A DNA stretch of 62,940 nt from positions 1 through 62,940 of the forward strand of contig NW_026783079.1 in the NCBI RefSeq assembly GCF_031769215.1. Direction: 5' to 3'. Both the position numbers and the translations under genes were made by a program. This document shows, piece by piece, positions 1 to 10,106 of this stretch. Source of the stretch: Ylistrum balloti (lineage: Eukaryota). The notes beneath the pieces are model-generated. The model had not been told where the DNA came from and ran no database searches. It worked only from the letters and a program-made list of their open reading frames with translations. How positions within the stretch are numbered: the first letter of the stretch is position 1; each line of letters begins with the position of its first letter.

Positions 1-444
1 TGCTTGAGGATGTGTTTCAGGGTAAGCTGCCACTTCGATATGAAACGTATCCTTTGTCTCTTCGCGAATAAAGTGGACGAGTTCATTTGCATAGTTAAAA
101 TCACCACGGTCAACACTACCTGAAGGTAGATCGCCACGTAGGGCTACTAGACGTTTGATTCCTAGGTTTTGGTAGTCAGATAAAATAGTTTGTATTTGTT
201 TACGTGTTGTTCCGATGCAAGATATGTGCGGAGCCATGTTTGCCCCTTTAGCTTTCAGCAGTTTTACGGTTTCGTAGGTACCATTTTGTGTACTGCCTCC
301 AGCGCCAAACGTTACAGAACAGTAAGTTGGGTTTAGGGTAGAAAGCTTATTATAGGCTCGTAGTAAACTCTCTTGTGCTTTTTGTGTTCGAGGAGGAAAA
401 AATTCGAAACTAAATTGCTTTGCCTGATTTTTAATGTCATTCAT
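1..444 (-). CDS. metF: Methylenetetrahydrofolate reductase, 5' part (runs off the window edge; absent from the ORF track)
   Basis: Manual translation of the minus strand from ATG at 444: MNDIKNQAKQFSFEFFPPRT...SVTFGAGGST...APHISCIG...LVALRGDLP...YANELVHFI...VAAYPETHPQA. All are hallmark MetF motifs. Confidence 0.93.
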   Translation of the reverse strand, partial: MNDIKNQAKQFSFEFFPPRTQKAQESLLRAYNKLSTLNPTYCSVTFGAGGSTQNGTYETVKLLKAKGANMAPHISCIGTTRKQIQTILSDYQNLGIKRLVALRGDLPSGSVDRGDFNYANELVHFIREETKDTFHIEVAAYPETHPQA

Positions 445-600
445 CTGTAAGTTTAGATAGTATATAGGCTTATTGTTGCGGGGATTAAGTTGACGCGATC
501 AGGATAACAATGGTGTTAGCTTATGTCGAGTTTTATTTGTTGCAACAACAGGTGTTGTTGATTACAGTGTAAACGCTCAATCGTCCTGAGAAGGGGGGAT

Positions 601-1533
601 GTGAGAAAGATTATGAATATTGATCAACCATGTCTTGGTATTGCACTTGGTGGTGGTGCTGCGCTGGGATATGCGCATTTAGGTATACTTGAAGTTCTTG
701 ATGTAGAGGGTATTTGTCCTGATTTGGTTGTTGGGACTAGTATGGGGGCTTTAGTTGGTGCAGCTTATGTATCTTGGCCAAATATAGGTGCAACTCAGCG
801 CAGGTTTCGTGTAGGTTTAGAAGACCCTTTTATTATGGGGCTTAATCTTGACTATTTAAAGTCGAAAACAGAGGCATCTTTTTGGGAACTGTTATTTGGT
901 AAGATTCGTCGTGGTTTGATGGTTACACAGTCTATGATTCGTGATAGTATTGTTGATGCAGAAGCATTCTCACGAATTTTAAGAAACTTGTTGCCTGACA
1001 GCGATATCGAGAATTTGCCACGTACCTTTGCTTGTATATCTGCAAATCTAAATGCAAAGCAGCATCGTCATTTATGGACGCAAGGAAGTTTGTTACAAGC
1101 TGCAGCTGCAAGCTGTGCGATTCCTGGTATTTTTCCTGCTCAAGAAATCAATGGTGATGTTCATGTCGATGGTGGGTCCGTTGAAAATATTCCGGTACCA
1201 GCTGCCAAAGAACTTGGTGCAACATTTATTATTGCTATTAATGTTGATGAAGAAGATACAGGACACCAGCCAGCGGTTGCTGCTGAATATTTTGTTGCTG
1301 CTAGTGAGCTAAGCCGTCGTAGTTTGACTGATTTACAAATTCGTGATGCGCAGGTTCTGCTTGCTCCGAAACTTAGTCAGTTTCATTGGGCAGATTTTCA
1401 AAAAATTGATGAAATTATTGAACAAGGTCGTGTTGCCGCAGATGCTCAGATTGATGAAATCCGCTATCTTTGGCAAGATCACCGCAAAGGTTTTCGTAAA
1501 GGGGTATGGGCATGGATGCGTACAGAAAAATAA
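601..1533 (+). CDS. Patatin-like phospholipase (RssA/NTE family)
   Basis: GGGAALG oxyanion loop, GTSMG nucleophile elbow, DGG catalytic Asp motif. Confidence 0.9.
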   Translation: MRKIMNIDQPCLGIALGGGAALGYAHLGILEVLDVEGICPDLVVGTSMGALVGAAYVSWPNIGATQRRFRVGLEDPFIMGLNLDYLKSKTEASFWELLFGKIRRGLMVTQSMIRDSIVDAEAFSRILRNLLPDSDIENLPRTFACISANLNAKQHRHLWTQGSLLQAAAASCAIPGIFPAQEINGDVHVDGGSVENIPVPAAKELGATFIIAINVDEEDTGHQPAVAAEYFVAASELSRRSLTDLQIRDAQVLLAPKLSQFHWADFQKIDEIIEQGRVAADAQIDEIRYLWQDHRKGFRKGVWAWMRTEK

Positions 1534-2150
1534 CAGCAATTATTCTTTTAGCATTAGTTTTTTGCTGGGGGTGTGATATTCAATCAACAGGAACAATGAT
1601 TCCAGAATTGAAACCAGAAGAAACACCGGTTTTTATTGCTGAAACAGTACTGGCCGAGCCAGAAACTGTACAGCCTAGTTATAGTTATCTTTGGGATTTA
1701 GAAACAGGTAAAAAGCTTGATATTGCTGTTGCAATGTCACCAACATTGATTTGGACACCGTATGTTGATTTTATATCAGATAGACAAGTAGGTTATGGTG
1801 ATGTTAATGGAGAAATTTTGCCAGTTAAGTTTAAGGTGGCAGAATCTGCAGGTTCTTGGGGGACTCTCGATGAATCAATTAATCCTTTAAAACCTCAGGC
1901 TGATGCTGTCATGCCGCAAGTAGGTCAACAGGTAATACGTGTCCAATGGTTAGACGGTGTGTTGTTTAAGGAGACCCTAGAAGTCATTGCACGTCTTGAA
2001 AAACAGATATTTGTTTCTTGTCCAAGAGTTGCTGCGGGGGCTGTTTTTAATGCTCATACAGGTGCTTGGCTTCCTATTGGTTGGGTTTCTGATCAGAGAG
2101 GTGCCTGTGCAAGTTTACGTTCTGTAAAAATTCCTAACGAACAACAGTGA
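1506..2150 (+). CDS. Hypothetical lipoprotein
   Basis: Basic N-terminus, hydrophobic stretch and lipobox-like FCWGC. Coupled to neighbours by overlaps. No family recognised. Confidence 0.55.
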   Translation: MGMDAYRKITAIILLALVFCWGCDIQSTGTMIPELKPEETPVFIAETVLAEPETVQPSYSYLWDLETGKKLDIAVAMSPTLIWTPYVDFISDRQVGYGDVNGEILPVKFKVAESAGSWGTLDESINPLKPQADAVMPQVGQQVIRVQWLDGVLFKETLEVIARLEKQIFVSCPRVAAGAVFNAHTGAWLPIGWVSDQRGACASLRSVKIPNEQQ

Positions 2151-3097
2151 CTTTTGTAAGAGATTCCTTATCTTTTTCTTGTATAGCTAGTGGCCGATTA
2201 GATACGTTACTATCGGAGATAACAAGCGATATCAGCCGTAGTCAATGGCAAAAAATGATTCGGCAAGGACATGTCTCTATTGATGGGGAAATAAATCTTA
2301 AACCTCGCCAATCCGTAGTTAAAGGCACTTTCGTAATGGCTCTTTTGCCTCCTCCTGTTCCTAGAAATTTGGTTGCTCAGCCAGTGCCATTTACCTGTCT
2401 ATATGCCGATGAGGCGATTATTGTTGTTGACAAACCCGCGGGTGTTATTGTTCATCCGGGAGCTTTGAATGAGCAAGGGACTCTTGTCCATGGCCTACTT
2501 CAAGATTTTCCAGATTTGCTTCAGATGGGAGTACAAGCGGATGGTAAACGGCCTGGTATTGTTCATCGTTTGGATAAAGGAACTAGCGGTGTTATGGTGG
2601 TCGCACGTACAGAAGCAGCCCGTCTGCAACTTATTGAACAATTTCAGTGTCGTGCCGTGAAGAAAATCTATATTGCTTGGGTTTGGGGAGAAACGCCTTG
2701 TGAAGGTCGCTGGGATGGTGCCATTGCACGCCATCCTAAACAGCGTAAAAAATTTACAGTTATTCCTCATGGAAAACCGTCTTTAACTCTATTTCGTACA
2801 ATTGCAAGGCATCCAACTTCAAGCAAGATAGAGTTAGATTTGTGTACTGGTAGAACGCATCAAATTCGTGTTCATGCGAGTCAGGCAGGATATCCACTTT
2901 TAGGGGACCCTCTTTATAAATCTCGGGGACGTATTGTCCAGCATAAGTTACAGGACTGGGGACCTGAGCGTGAGCGTCCTGCGTTACATGCTTTACAGTT
3001 GGCTTTTGTACATCCGACCCATGGGGAAAATATGGTTTTTACGGCACCTATTCCTAAAGATTTGCAGCAATTGGATTGTTTATATGAGTCTCTGTAG
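2147..3097 (+). CDS. rluD: RluA/RluD-family 23S rRNA pseudouridine synthase
   Basis: N-terminal S4-like RLD...SRSQWQK, VVDKPAG, GIVHRLDKGTSG (catalytic Asp), TGRTHQIRVH, LHALQLAFVHP. Followed by pgeF, the usual synteny. Confidence 0.9.
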   Translation: MTFVRDSLSFSCIASGRLDTLLSEITSDISRSQWQKMIRQGHVSIDGEINLKPRQSVVKGTFVMALLPPPVPRNLVAQPVPFTCLYADEAIIVVDKPAGVIVHPGALNEQGTLVHGLLQDFPDLLQMGVQADGKRPGIVHRLDKGTSGVMVVARTEAARLQLIEQFQCRAVKKIYIAWVWGETPCEGRWDGAIARHPKQRKKFTVIPHGKPSLTLFRTIARHPTSSKIELDLCTGRTHQIRVHASQAGYPLLGDPLYKSRGRIVQHKLQDWGPERERPALHALQLAFVHPTHGENMVFTAPIPKDLQQLDCLYESL

Positions 3098-3707
3098 TTC
3101 AGCGTTAAGCCAGTTAGGTATTGAGCATTGTTTTTTACGACCGATAGATTTTGTTGATGAACTATCTAAACAAGCGTCTTCTGATCAGATGCGTTTGGTT
3201 TTACCTCAGCAGGTTCATGGGTATCGTGTTGTACGACGATGTTATTTAGCAGACGGGCCTGCAGATGGTCTTTGGGATTATGGTTCAACAGCAAGGCTTG
3301 GTATTCGAACTGCAGATTGTATTCCAGTTTTGTTAGCGACTTCTACAGGCTATGTCGCAGCGATTCATGCTGGCTGGCGTGGTGTTGTTGCTTGTATTGT
3401 GGAGCGTTTTTTGCAACGTCAATTACGTTTTGGTCGAGAGCCGAAACAATGGACAGTTGCCTTAGGTCCTGCTGCTGGGGGGTGCTGTTATCAGGTTGGG
3501 CCAGAGGTCTGTGAAGCTCTTGGCTTAATAGCAGAGGAGAGATATCTTGATCTAAGGTTATTATTAGCAGAACGTTTGCAACAGCTAGGTGTCGGTATTA
3601 TAGATTTTGTTGGTCCTTGTACTATTTGTAGCAAAGATGGTTGGGCAAGTTACCGCCGTGAAGGGAAGCAAGCTGGCCGTAACCTTGCTTGGATTGGTGT
3701 TCCTTAA
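3084..3707 (+). CDS. pgeF: Polyphenol oxidase/laccase-domain protein (PgeF/YfiH family)
   Basis: QVHG, TADCIPVLL, AAIHAGWRG, GPAAGGCCYQVG, CTIC, SYRREG. Start moved to ATG 3084, overlapping the rluD end. Confidence 0.88.
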   Translation: MSLCSSALSQLGIEHCFLRPIDFVDELSKQASSDQMRLVLPQQVHGYRVVRRCYLADGPADGLWDYGSTARLGIRTADCIPVLLATSTGYVAAIHAGWRGVVACIVERFLQRQLRFGREPKQWTVALGPAAGGCCYQVGPEVCEALGLIAEERYLDLRLLLAERLQQLGVGIIDFVGPCTICSKDGWASYRREGKQAGRNLAWIGVP

Positions 3708-3753
3708 GTTGCAAGAGGAGCTTTACTTAAGAATTTTTTTGAAATTATAGTAT

Positions 3754-4482
3754 TTGAGAACGATTTTTTTTATGAATGTTAGATCTGATAGCTATATCAG
3801 GGGGTACTGGGTTAAGCGGTATAAACGTTTTTTTGTTGATGTTGAGCTTGAAGATGGACGTCTTGTCACGGCTCATTGTGCAAATACGGGTAGTATGAAA
3901 CGCTGCTTTGGGGTTGGTTGGCCTGTTCTTTTAAGTCAATCAGATAATCCTAAGCGTAAATTGCCCTATACCTTAGAATTTTCACATAATGGAGCGTCCT
4001 GGATTTGTGTCCATCCTGCATCTGCCAATCAACTTGTTGAAATGGCATTAAAGAAAAAAATGGTTGAGCCATTAGCAAGTTATACAACTTATCGGCGGGA
4101 AGTCCGATATGGTCAGGAGCAAAGCAGGATTGATTTTTTACTTGAGGGTAAAGGAGGGGCCTGTTGTTATGTTGAAGTCAAAAGCGTTTCGATGATTGAC
4201 GATACGGGACGTTTTGCTATTTTTCCGGATTCTATATCAAAGCGAGGTCAGAAGCATTTACGTGAGCTGATGTATTGTGTTGAGAAAGGTAGCTCAGCAG
4301 CAGCCTTGTTTGTGATTCAACGTACAGATATAGAGATGTTTCGTGCAGCTCAAGAGATTGACTCTGAGTATGCTAAGTTGCTGCTTGAGGCTAAAGACTT
4401 GGGGGTTCAGTTTTATGCTTACCAGACAACAGGAGATCCATTTGCATATGAACTTCAAACACCACTAAAGATTCAGTTTTAG
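3754..4482 (+). CDS. sfsA: Sugar fermentation stimulation protein A (PD-(D/E)xK-like)
   Basis: KRYKRFFVDV, AHCANTGSM, SRIDFLL, YVEVKSV, FPD...RGQKHLREL. Confidence 0.93.
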   Translation: MRTIFFMNVRSDSYIRGYWVKRYKRFFVDVELEDGRLVTAHCANTGSMKRCFGVGWPVLLSQSDNPKRKLPYTLEFSHNGASWICVHPASANQLVEMALKKKMVEPLASYTTYRREVRYGQEQSRIDFLLEGKGGACCYVEVKSVSMIDDTGRFAIFPDSISKRGQKHLRELMYCVEKGSSAAALFVIQRTDIEMFRAAQEIDSEYAKLLLEAKDLGVQFYAYQTTGDPFAYELQTPLKIQF

Positions 4483-4568
4483 GTTCGGATTTAATTCAGA
4501 AATAAAACGTAGCTATACGGTATAATCAGTAGAATTGTAGCTTTTAATTCCTAAGGAAGGTCAACATT

Positions 4569-5435
4569 ATGTCCTATCCCCAAGATATCAAGATTATTGA
4601 TCTTATGCTCAATATTCCTGGTGATGATAATAGTCAATGGTATGAACATATTAAACCTCTGCTGATGGATGAAGAGTCGCGGCACGCATTTAAGATGCCT
4701 GCCCAATATATGTTTAAAGATATTCCAGATACAGGAAAGCAAGCAGATTATATCGCCTATACCATTGATAAAATGGATGCCTTCCAGATCGAAAAAGCTA
4801 TGGTAGGGGTTGGTGGTGTCTATGACGGTAATTTAAAAGCAATTGAGCGTTATCCTGAACGTTTTTTTGCTTCTTATGCTGCTAATCCAAATAGAGGTAT
4901 GGAAGAAGTACGTCAAATTGAACATCTTTATAAAGATTACGGGCTGAAAGCGGTAACAGGGTTTCCTTCTGGATTGTGTCCTCAAGTACCTTTAAATGAT
5001 AAAAAATGGTATCCCATTTATGCCAAGTGTGTAGAATTAGATATTCCTATCTGTAGTTGTGTTGGTGTACCCGGGCCACGTCTACCGATGTATCCACAAA
5101 AAGTAGAACATCTAGATGAAATTTGTTGGTACTTTCCTGAGCTCAAATTTGTAATGTGCCATGGCGCATAACCATGGACAGATCTAGCTGTAAAATTGAT
5201 GCTAAAATACCCTAATTTGTATTATTCTACAAGTGCTTTTGCCCCGAAACACTATCCGACGGCAATTATTGATTATGCTAATACACGGGGTGCTGAAAAA
5301 GTTATGTATGCCGGATATTTCCCAATGGGATTGTCTCTAGAGCGTATCTTTAAGGATATGCCTAATGTTCCTTTTAAAGCAGAAGTTTGGCCTAGATTTT
5401 TACGAGATAATGCCAAACGTGTCTTTAAGGTCTAA
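4569..5435 (+). pseudogene. Amidohydrolase_2-family protein interrupted by an in-frame TAA at 5169-5171 (real nonsense mutation or sequence error)
   Basis: ORFs 4569-5171 and 5196-5435 are in the same frame. The junction reads ATG TGC CAT GGC GCA TAA CCA TGG = MCHGA*PW, where the family motif is HGxEPW (GAA to TAA). Confidence 0.8.
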
Positions 5436-5490
5436 AAATTATTATTTTTGTGTTAGCATTGACATCAATTAAGTCGTAAATCGTGTAGAT

Positions 5491-6453
5491 ATGCGGAGCC
5501 CTGTCCCTCTATTTTTGTCGTTTTTTGTTATTTTCTTTGTTATTACTACATTTCAAACCGTTCAGGCAGAGGAAAGAGGTGCTTCCAGTTTTAGGGATTG
5601 TCGTTATCAAGATTTTAGTACTGCATTGACGGCAGCTAATAAGACTGGTTCCGAGCGTACATTTATGCCCCGCCATGATGTATTTCGGCCACTTCTAGCA
5701 GATCCTCATGAACCTAGGTTTTATGCTAGTGGTAAGTTAAATATTTTTCTCGGACCAGGTGTACCAAAAGGTTGGAAAGATGCAAAAGCCATTTATACAC
5801 CCGTTGCATTTGGTGCTGTTATTGGGGTCTGGCGTAAACGGTTGGGACAAATTTGTGATGGGATTCAAATTAGTTTAGCTGGAGGTGTTTTTGCACAGTT
5901 AATCGTAAAAACAATAGATTCTCCGCTTGTGAATGCCGATTATGTCTTTGGCTTACCAATAACATTTCGTAAAGGTATACATTCGTTTCGTTTGTATATC
6001 TTTCATCAAAGTAGTCATTTAGGTGATGAATTTTTAGTTGAAAACCCAACGATTCCTCAAGATAATCTCAGTCTTGAAGCCTTTGACTTTATTTACTCTG
6101 TTCATCGGGACTGGTGGCGTGTTTATGCTGGTGGTAGTGTCTTGTTACATAATGTGACTAATTATAAACCATTAGGGTTTCAGGTTGGTACCGAATTTCG
6201 GCCCTATTATTGGTATGCTCGTAAGGTGTCTTCACTTAGATTTGGTATTGTTATTGGTATTGATTTACAAACAGTACAGGAACGTGGTTGGGCCGTTACG
6301 GGCAGCGGTAAAGCTGGCCTAGAGCTTCATTCTGCTGTTGGCGGTACGATGCGTTTTTTGTTTAGTACTTTACGGGGATATTTACCTTATGGACAGTTTG
6401 CTTATGACGAGCGTGTTCAGAATGTTGGTCTTGAATGGCAATATGAGTTTTAG
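5491..6453 (+). CDS. DUF1207-like outer-membrane protein
   Basis: Signal peptide, FRPLLADPHEPRF, LVNADY, FHQSSHLGDEF, C-terminal GLEWQYEF beta-signal. Confidence 0.72.
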   Translation: MRSPVPLFLSFFVIFFVITTFQTVQAEERGASSFRDCRYQDFSTALTAANKTGSERTFMPRHDVFRPLLADPHEPRFYASGKLNIFLGPGVPKGWKDAKAIYTPVAFGAVIGVWRKRLGQICDGIQISLAGGVFAQLIVKTIDSPLVNADYVFGLPITFRKGIHSFRLYIFHQSSHLGDEFLVENPTIPQDNLSLEAFDFIYSVHRDWWRVYAGGSVLLHNVTNYKPLGFQVGTEFRPYYWYARKVSSLRFGIVIGIDLQTVQERGWAVTGSGKAGLELHSAVGGTMRFLFSTLRGYLPYGQFAYDERVQNVGLEWQYEF

Positions 6454-6539
6454 GGGATTGTCTTTTGTAGCATTGGTATATTGATGATTTCTGTTTTTTT
6501 GCGAGCCATACCCAAAATCAAAAAATTGTCTATGTTGTA

Positions 6540-7361
6540 TTGATCGTAATTATTCCAATTATGCAGTTAAATTCACTTCAATTTGGTGATCCAAAAAATG
6601 AGGCTGTGCTTATTATTCATGGGCTTCTTGGGTCGGCACGTAATTGGATGGCTCGTGCTAAAGTACTTGCGGAGCATTATTTTGTTCTTGTTCCAGATCT
6701 TAGAAATCATGGTTACTCACCACATGTAGAGACGATGTCATATCCAGAAATTGTTGCAGATCTTGTAGAATTTTTGGAACAAAAACGCCGTAGTTGTGTT
6801 CATGTTATTGGCCATTCCATGGGTGGAAAATCTGCAATGGCGTTAGCGTTGTCTCAGCCGAATCTTGTTAGTTCACTGACTGTTATTGATATGGCTCCAA
6901 AGCGTTATGAACACCATTTAGGTCCATTACTCAAACAATTATCTAAGCTTGATATTGCTACAGCTAAGTCACGTTCAGAGGTCGAGATACGTTTACAGGA
7001 ATACGTTGAAGATAGATCATTCCGACTTTTTTTATTAACAAATTTAGCGAGTCTCAAACCCTATGGTTATGTTTGGAAACCAAACCTTATGGTACTAAAC
7101 GAAGCATATCCAGATTTAGCTGAAGCAGTCTCTTATTTTTATCCGAAGTTATCTTATTTAGGGCCTTGTTTGTTTTTAAGTGGTGCTGATTCTTCTTATG
7201 TCGCCCCTGATGATCGTGATGATATTTGTCGGTTATTTCCTAAGAGTCGTATGATTACGCTTAAAGATGCTGGACATTGGGTCCATGTAGACCAACCAGA
7301 TAGGTTTGATCAGAGTATTTTGAATTTTTTGAATGCAGCTAAAAATTTAGAATTTAGGTAA
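6540..7361 (+). CDS. Alpha/beta hydrolase (YbfF-like esterase)
   Basis: HGLLGS, DLRNHG, GHSMGG nucleophile, AGHWVH catalytic His. Confidence 0.9.
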   Translation: MIVIIPIMQLNSLQFGDPKNEAVLIIHGLLGSARNWMARAKVLAEHYFVLVPDLRNHGYSPHVETMSYPEIVADLVEFLEQKRRSCVHVIGHSMGGKSAMALALSQPNLVSSLTVIDMAPKRYEHHLGPLLKQLSKLDIATAKSRSEVEIRLQEYVEDRSFRLFLLTNLASLKPYGYVWKPNLMVLNEAYPDLAEAVSYFYPKLSYLGPCLFLSGADSSYVAPDDRDDICRLFPKSRMITLKDAGHWVHVDQPDRFDQSILNFLNAAKNLEFR

Positions 7362-7367
7362 AAAGAG

Positions 7368-8912
7368 GTGAGGGGTGTTAAGGTTTTCTGCATTATTGTT
7401 TGTCTAAAGGGATGCGCGTATTTATATCCTCCTTACAATCAATCACTTGTTATCCGAGAGTCTTTAGGTCCAACAGATTATACTTATGAAATTTTACGCT
7501 TACCTCGTGAAAAGCAGCAGGTTGATGTACTTTCAGCTTGGGTAGAAAATAGTAAAGCCCAAGATTTTTTGGTATCTGGTTCGTTACTTTTGTTTACTGG
7601 CTGGCAATCGGTGTGGCCGAATCAAGTTTTTGGATTTATGCCAGGGGGGGATACCTATGTTTCTTGGCATATTGATCCAAGTATTACAGCAACTCATCTT
7701 TTTGCTCAGCAGTTACAAGATTTTCCTGGTGTGCCTTTTCTTTTAACTAATCCAGAGTTGGAAAATGTTACTGCTGATACGAAAGATGTTCTTGCTAAGG
7801 TGACAGATCGTTGCCCTGGAAAAATATTACGTGCCGATATGCATATTCATAGTGCCCGCAGTCGTGATAGTACAACACCGATACGTGATATTTTAAGGAC
7901 AGCGCACGATCGAGAACTCGATGTAATTTCTGTGACTGATCATGATATGTTGAGTTATCGAGAAACTTTACGTACATATCAGGATATGAGAGCCAGGGCT
8001 GAATTGATAAGGCCAATGATCATTATTCCTGGCGTAGAAGTCTCTTCAGCAGATGGGCATATTCTTGCCTATTTTGTAAAAACACCCATTCCTCCGGGAT
8101 TGGCAGCACGAACGACGATTGAGTTGATACATCGGCAAGGAGGGCTAGCTGTTTTAGCGCATCCTCATAGTGCACGGGGTGGGGCTGGTGTTCCTGGTTC
8201 TTACGCGCGAAATTTACCAATTAATGGTGTAGAAAAATTTAATGGTCTAGAGTTTTTTCCACTTGCTTGGAAAGCCAACGATTATGAAGCGGAGGAATTG
8301 TCTCCAGTTCATTATGGTAATAGTGATGCCCATTTTGCACAATGGATTGGTTCTGCTTTTACAGAGTTAGCAGTTACAGAGGTGACATTAAAAGCTGTCA
8401 AAGCGGCAATGTTATCTGGTTGTACAAAAGCAAAGGTTGGTAATAGAGTTCTTAGAGGCTTTGATAAGGCTTTGAATGCTCCAGGAATTCATCAGGTATT
8501 TACCGCAGCACTGTGGCCACGGCGTATGTGGCAGAGGGCACGATCAAAGTTAGCAGCTGCGTTACATGTGGATGATGTTTATCTGTTTACGAGTTGGCGC
8601 GACATTTTTCGTGAAGCTTATTCTCTGAACGGTTTGTTAAAGTTACGTAAACATATTCGTAACCCTAACGATTTTATCCAAATAGCACCATTTCCTGTCG
8701 AACTTGGTATACGTGTTGGTGCAGCTAAATTGTTTGTTAAAGCACCAGTGTCATCGTTTAACGGCCGGCCAGCTTCTGTTTATGATCAACTGGTTTCTGA
8801 TCAGAAAATTTATGATGGGAGAACATTTGTTTGGGATAAACCGGTCAATGATGTTTTTTTTGTTTGGCCAACAGATATTATGGTTGGGCTTGAGTGGGAA
8901 TGGGTTTTCTAA
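7368..8912 (+). CDS. PHP-domain phosphoesterase with long N- and C-terminal extensions, possible lipoprotein
   Basis: DMHIHS, TDHD, IPGVEVSSADGHILAY, LAHPH, GNSDAH metal motifs. LKGC lipobox-like N-terminus. Confidence 0.8.
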   Translation: MRGVKVFCIIVCLKGCAYLYPPYNQSLVIRESLGPTDYTYEILRLPREKQQVDVLSAWVENSKAQDFLVSGSLLLFTGWQSVWPNQVFGFMPGGDTYVSWHIDPSITATHLFAQQLQDFPGVPFLLTNPELENVTADTKDVLAKVTDRCPGKILRADMHIHSARSRDSTTPIRDILRTAHDRELDVISVTDHDMLSYRETLRTYQDMRARAELIRPMIIIPGVEVSSADGHILAYFVKTPIPPGLAARTTIELIHRQGGLAVLAHPHSARGGAGVPGSYARNLPINGVEKFNGLEFFPLAWKANDYEAEELSPVHYGNSDAHFAQWIGSAFTELAVTEVTLKAVKAAMLSGCTKAKVGNRVLRGFDKALNAPGIHQVFTAALWPRRMWQRARSKLAAALHVDDVYLFTSWRDIFREAYSLNGLLKLRKHIRNPNDFIQIAPFPVELGIRVGAAKLFVKAPVSSFNGRPASVYDQLVSDQKIYDGRTFVWDKPVNDVFFVWPTDIMVGLEWEWVF

Positions 8913-9975
8913 ATGCAGATAGTGATTTTTAAATATTTGGTATTGAGTCTGTTTGCTCTATTTCCTCTATGGTTTGTACCAGGGGTAGGGCAAACAGATG
9001 GTCAGATAGATATAGAGCTTGGTAATGAGGATTTAGGTATCTTTGAAAAGTTTTTTTCGCCTGTTTTTCCAAATCACCCTAATGATGGACAACTGAGTGT
9101 TGCGTTTCGTATTGCTTATACACCAGACCAACTTGATCCAGCCTGGTTTCAGCCTCTTAAACGTTTTGTCTTTCTTTTGCGTGAGCCGGAGGCAGTTAAG
9201 TTAAGTTATGGTCTAGAACAAGATATTTTTACTCCCAGTTTTGCTGATACAGATAAAGAACACTTACAAGATAGACCATTTTCGGGGTTGCTTTTGTTAC
9301 AGTTTCGTGCCATTGCTAAGCAAACGTTATGCTATGAACAGCTAACCTGGATAGATCGGCTTAGTATTAATATTGGTCTTGTTGGACCAGCTTCTGGTGC
9401 CCAGGCGATTCAAAATGGTTTGCATCGTTTGGTAGGAATTCGTGAGCTTTCTTGGTCTCCCCAACTGCGTAATGAACCTATTTTTAATCTTAGTTATGAC
9501 AAAGGCCTGCGTTTTTTTGCTCCGAGAGCACAGTCGTTGGTTTAATCTTGAGTTATTTCCTGAGATTGGAATTGCTCTTGGAAATGGTTTTACCTATCTT
9601 CATGGAGCAGCTCATCTACGGGTAGGAGGCAATTTAGAGAGATCTTATGGGCCACCACGTACGAACCCATTATTGTCTGGTAGTAATTTTACACAGACAC
9701 ATCAATATCGTTCTTGGGATTTTTTTTATTGGAATATCTTTATTGGTTTTGATCAACGTTTGGTTTTGCGGAATATCTTTTTAGACGGTAATATACTACG
9801 GGCTAGTGCGCGCGTTTCTCGAAAATGGTGGATTTATGAATATCAATTGGGTCTTGAGCTCGGTTATGGTGCCTACCGTTTACGTCTGATGAATGTCTAT
9901 CGAGTACGTGAGTTTTTTACTCAGCCGTACCCTTCTCAGTATTTACGTGCAGCATTATCATTTGATTTTTTTTGA
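8913..9975 (+). pseudogene. Lipid A 3-O-deacylase LpxR family (DUF2219), split by a +1 frameshift in a T7 run (phase variation, decay or sequence error)
   Basis: YTPD, DRPFSG, GLVGPASGAQAIQNGLH and QLRNEP in ORF 8913-9545, then ALGN...YEYQLG...FDFF in ORF 9442-9975. The span is 1063 nt = 3n+1, with T7 at 9512-9518. Confidence 0.72.
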
Positions 9976-10106
9976 TCGTTCTAGCATTTACTTTTATCTC
10001 GATTTACTATATATCCTTACGTTGTCTGTGTCTTTGCTAAGATGATCCTACTCATTATAAGATTGACATTTTATGGACTATTCACAACTTTTACATTAGG
10101 GAGTTT

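Noticed and set aside
445-600. SAM/SAH riboswitch upstream of metF
   Set aside because: I could not match the conserved cores on the minus strand. An Infernal search would be needed.
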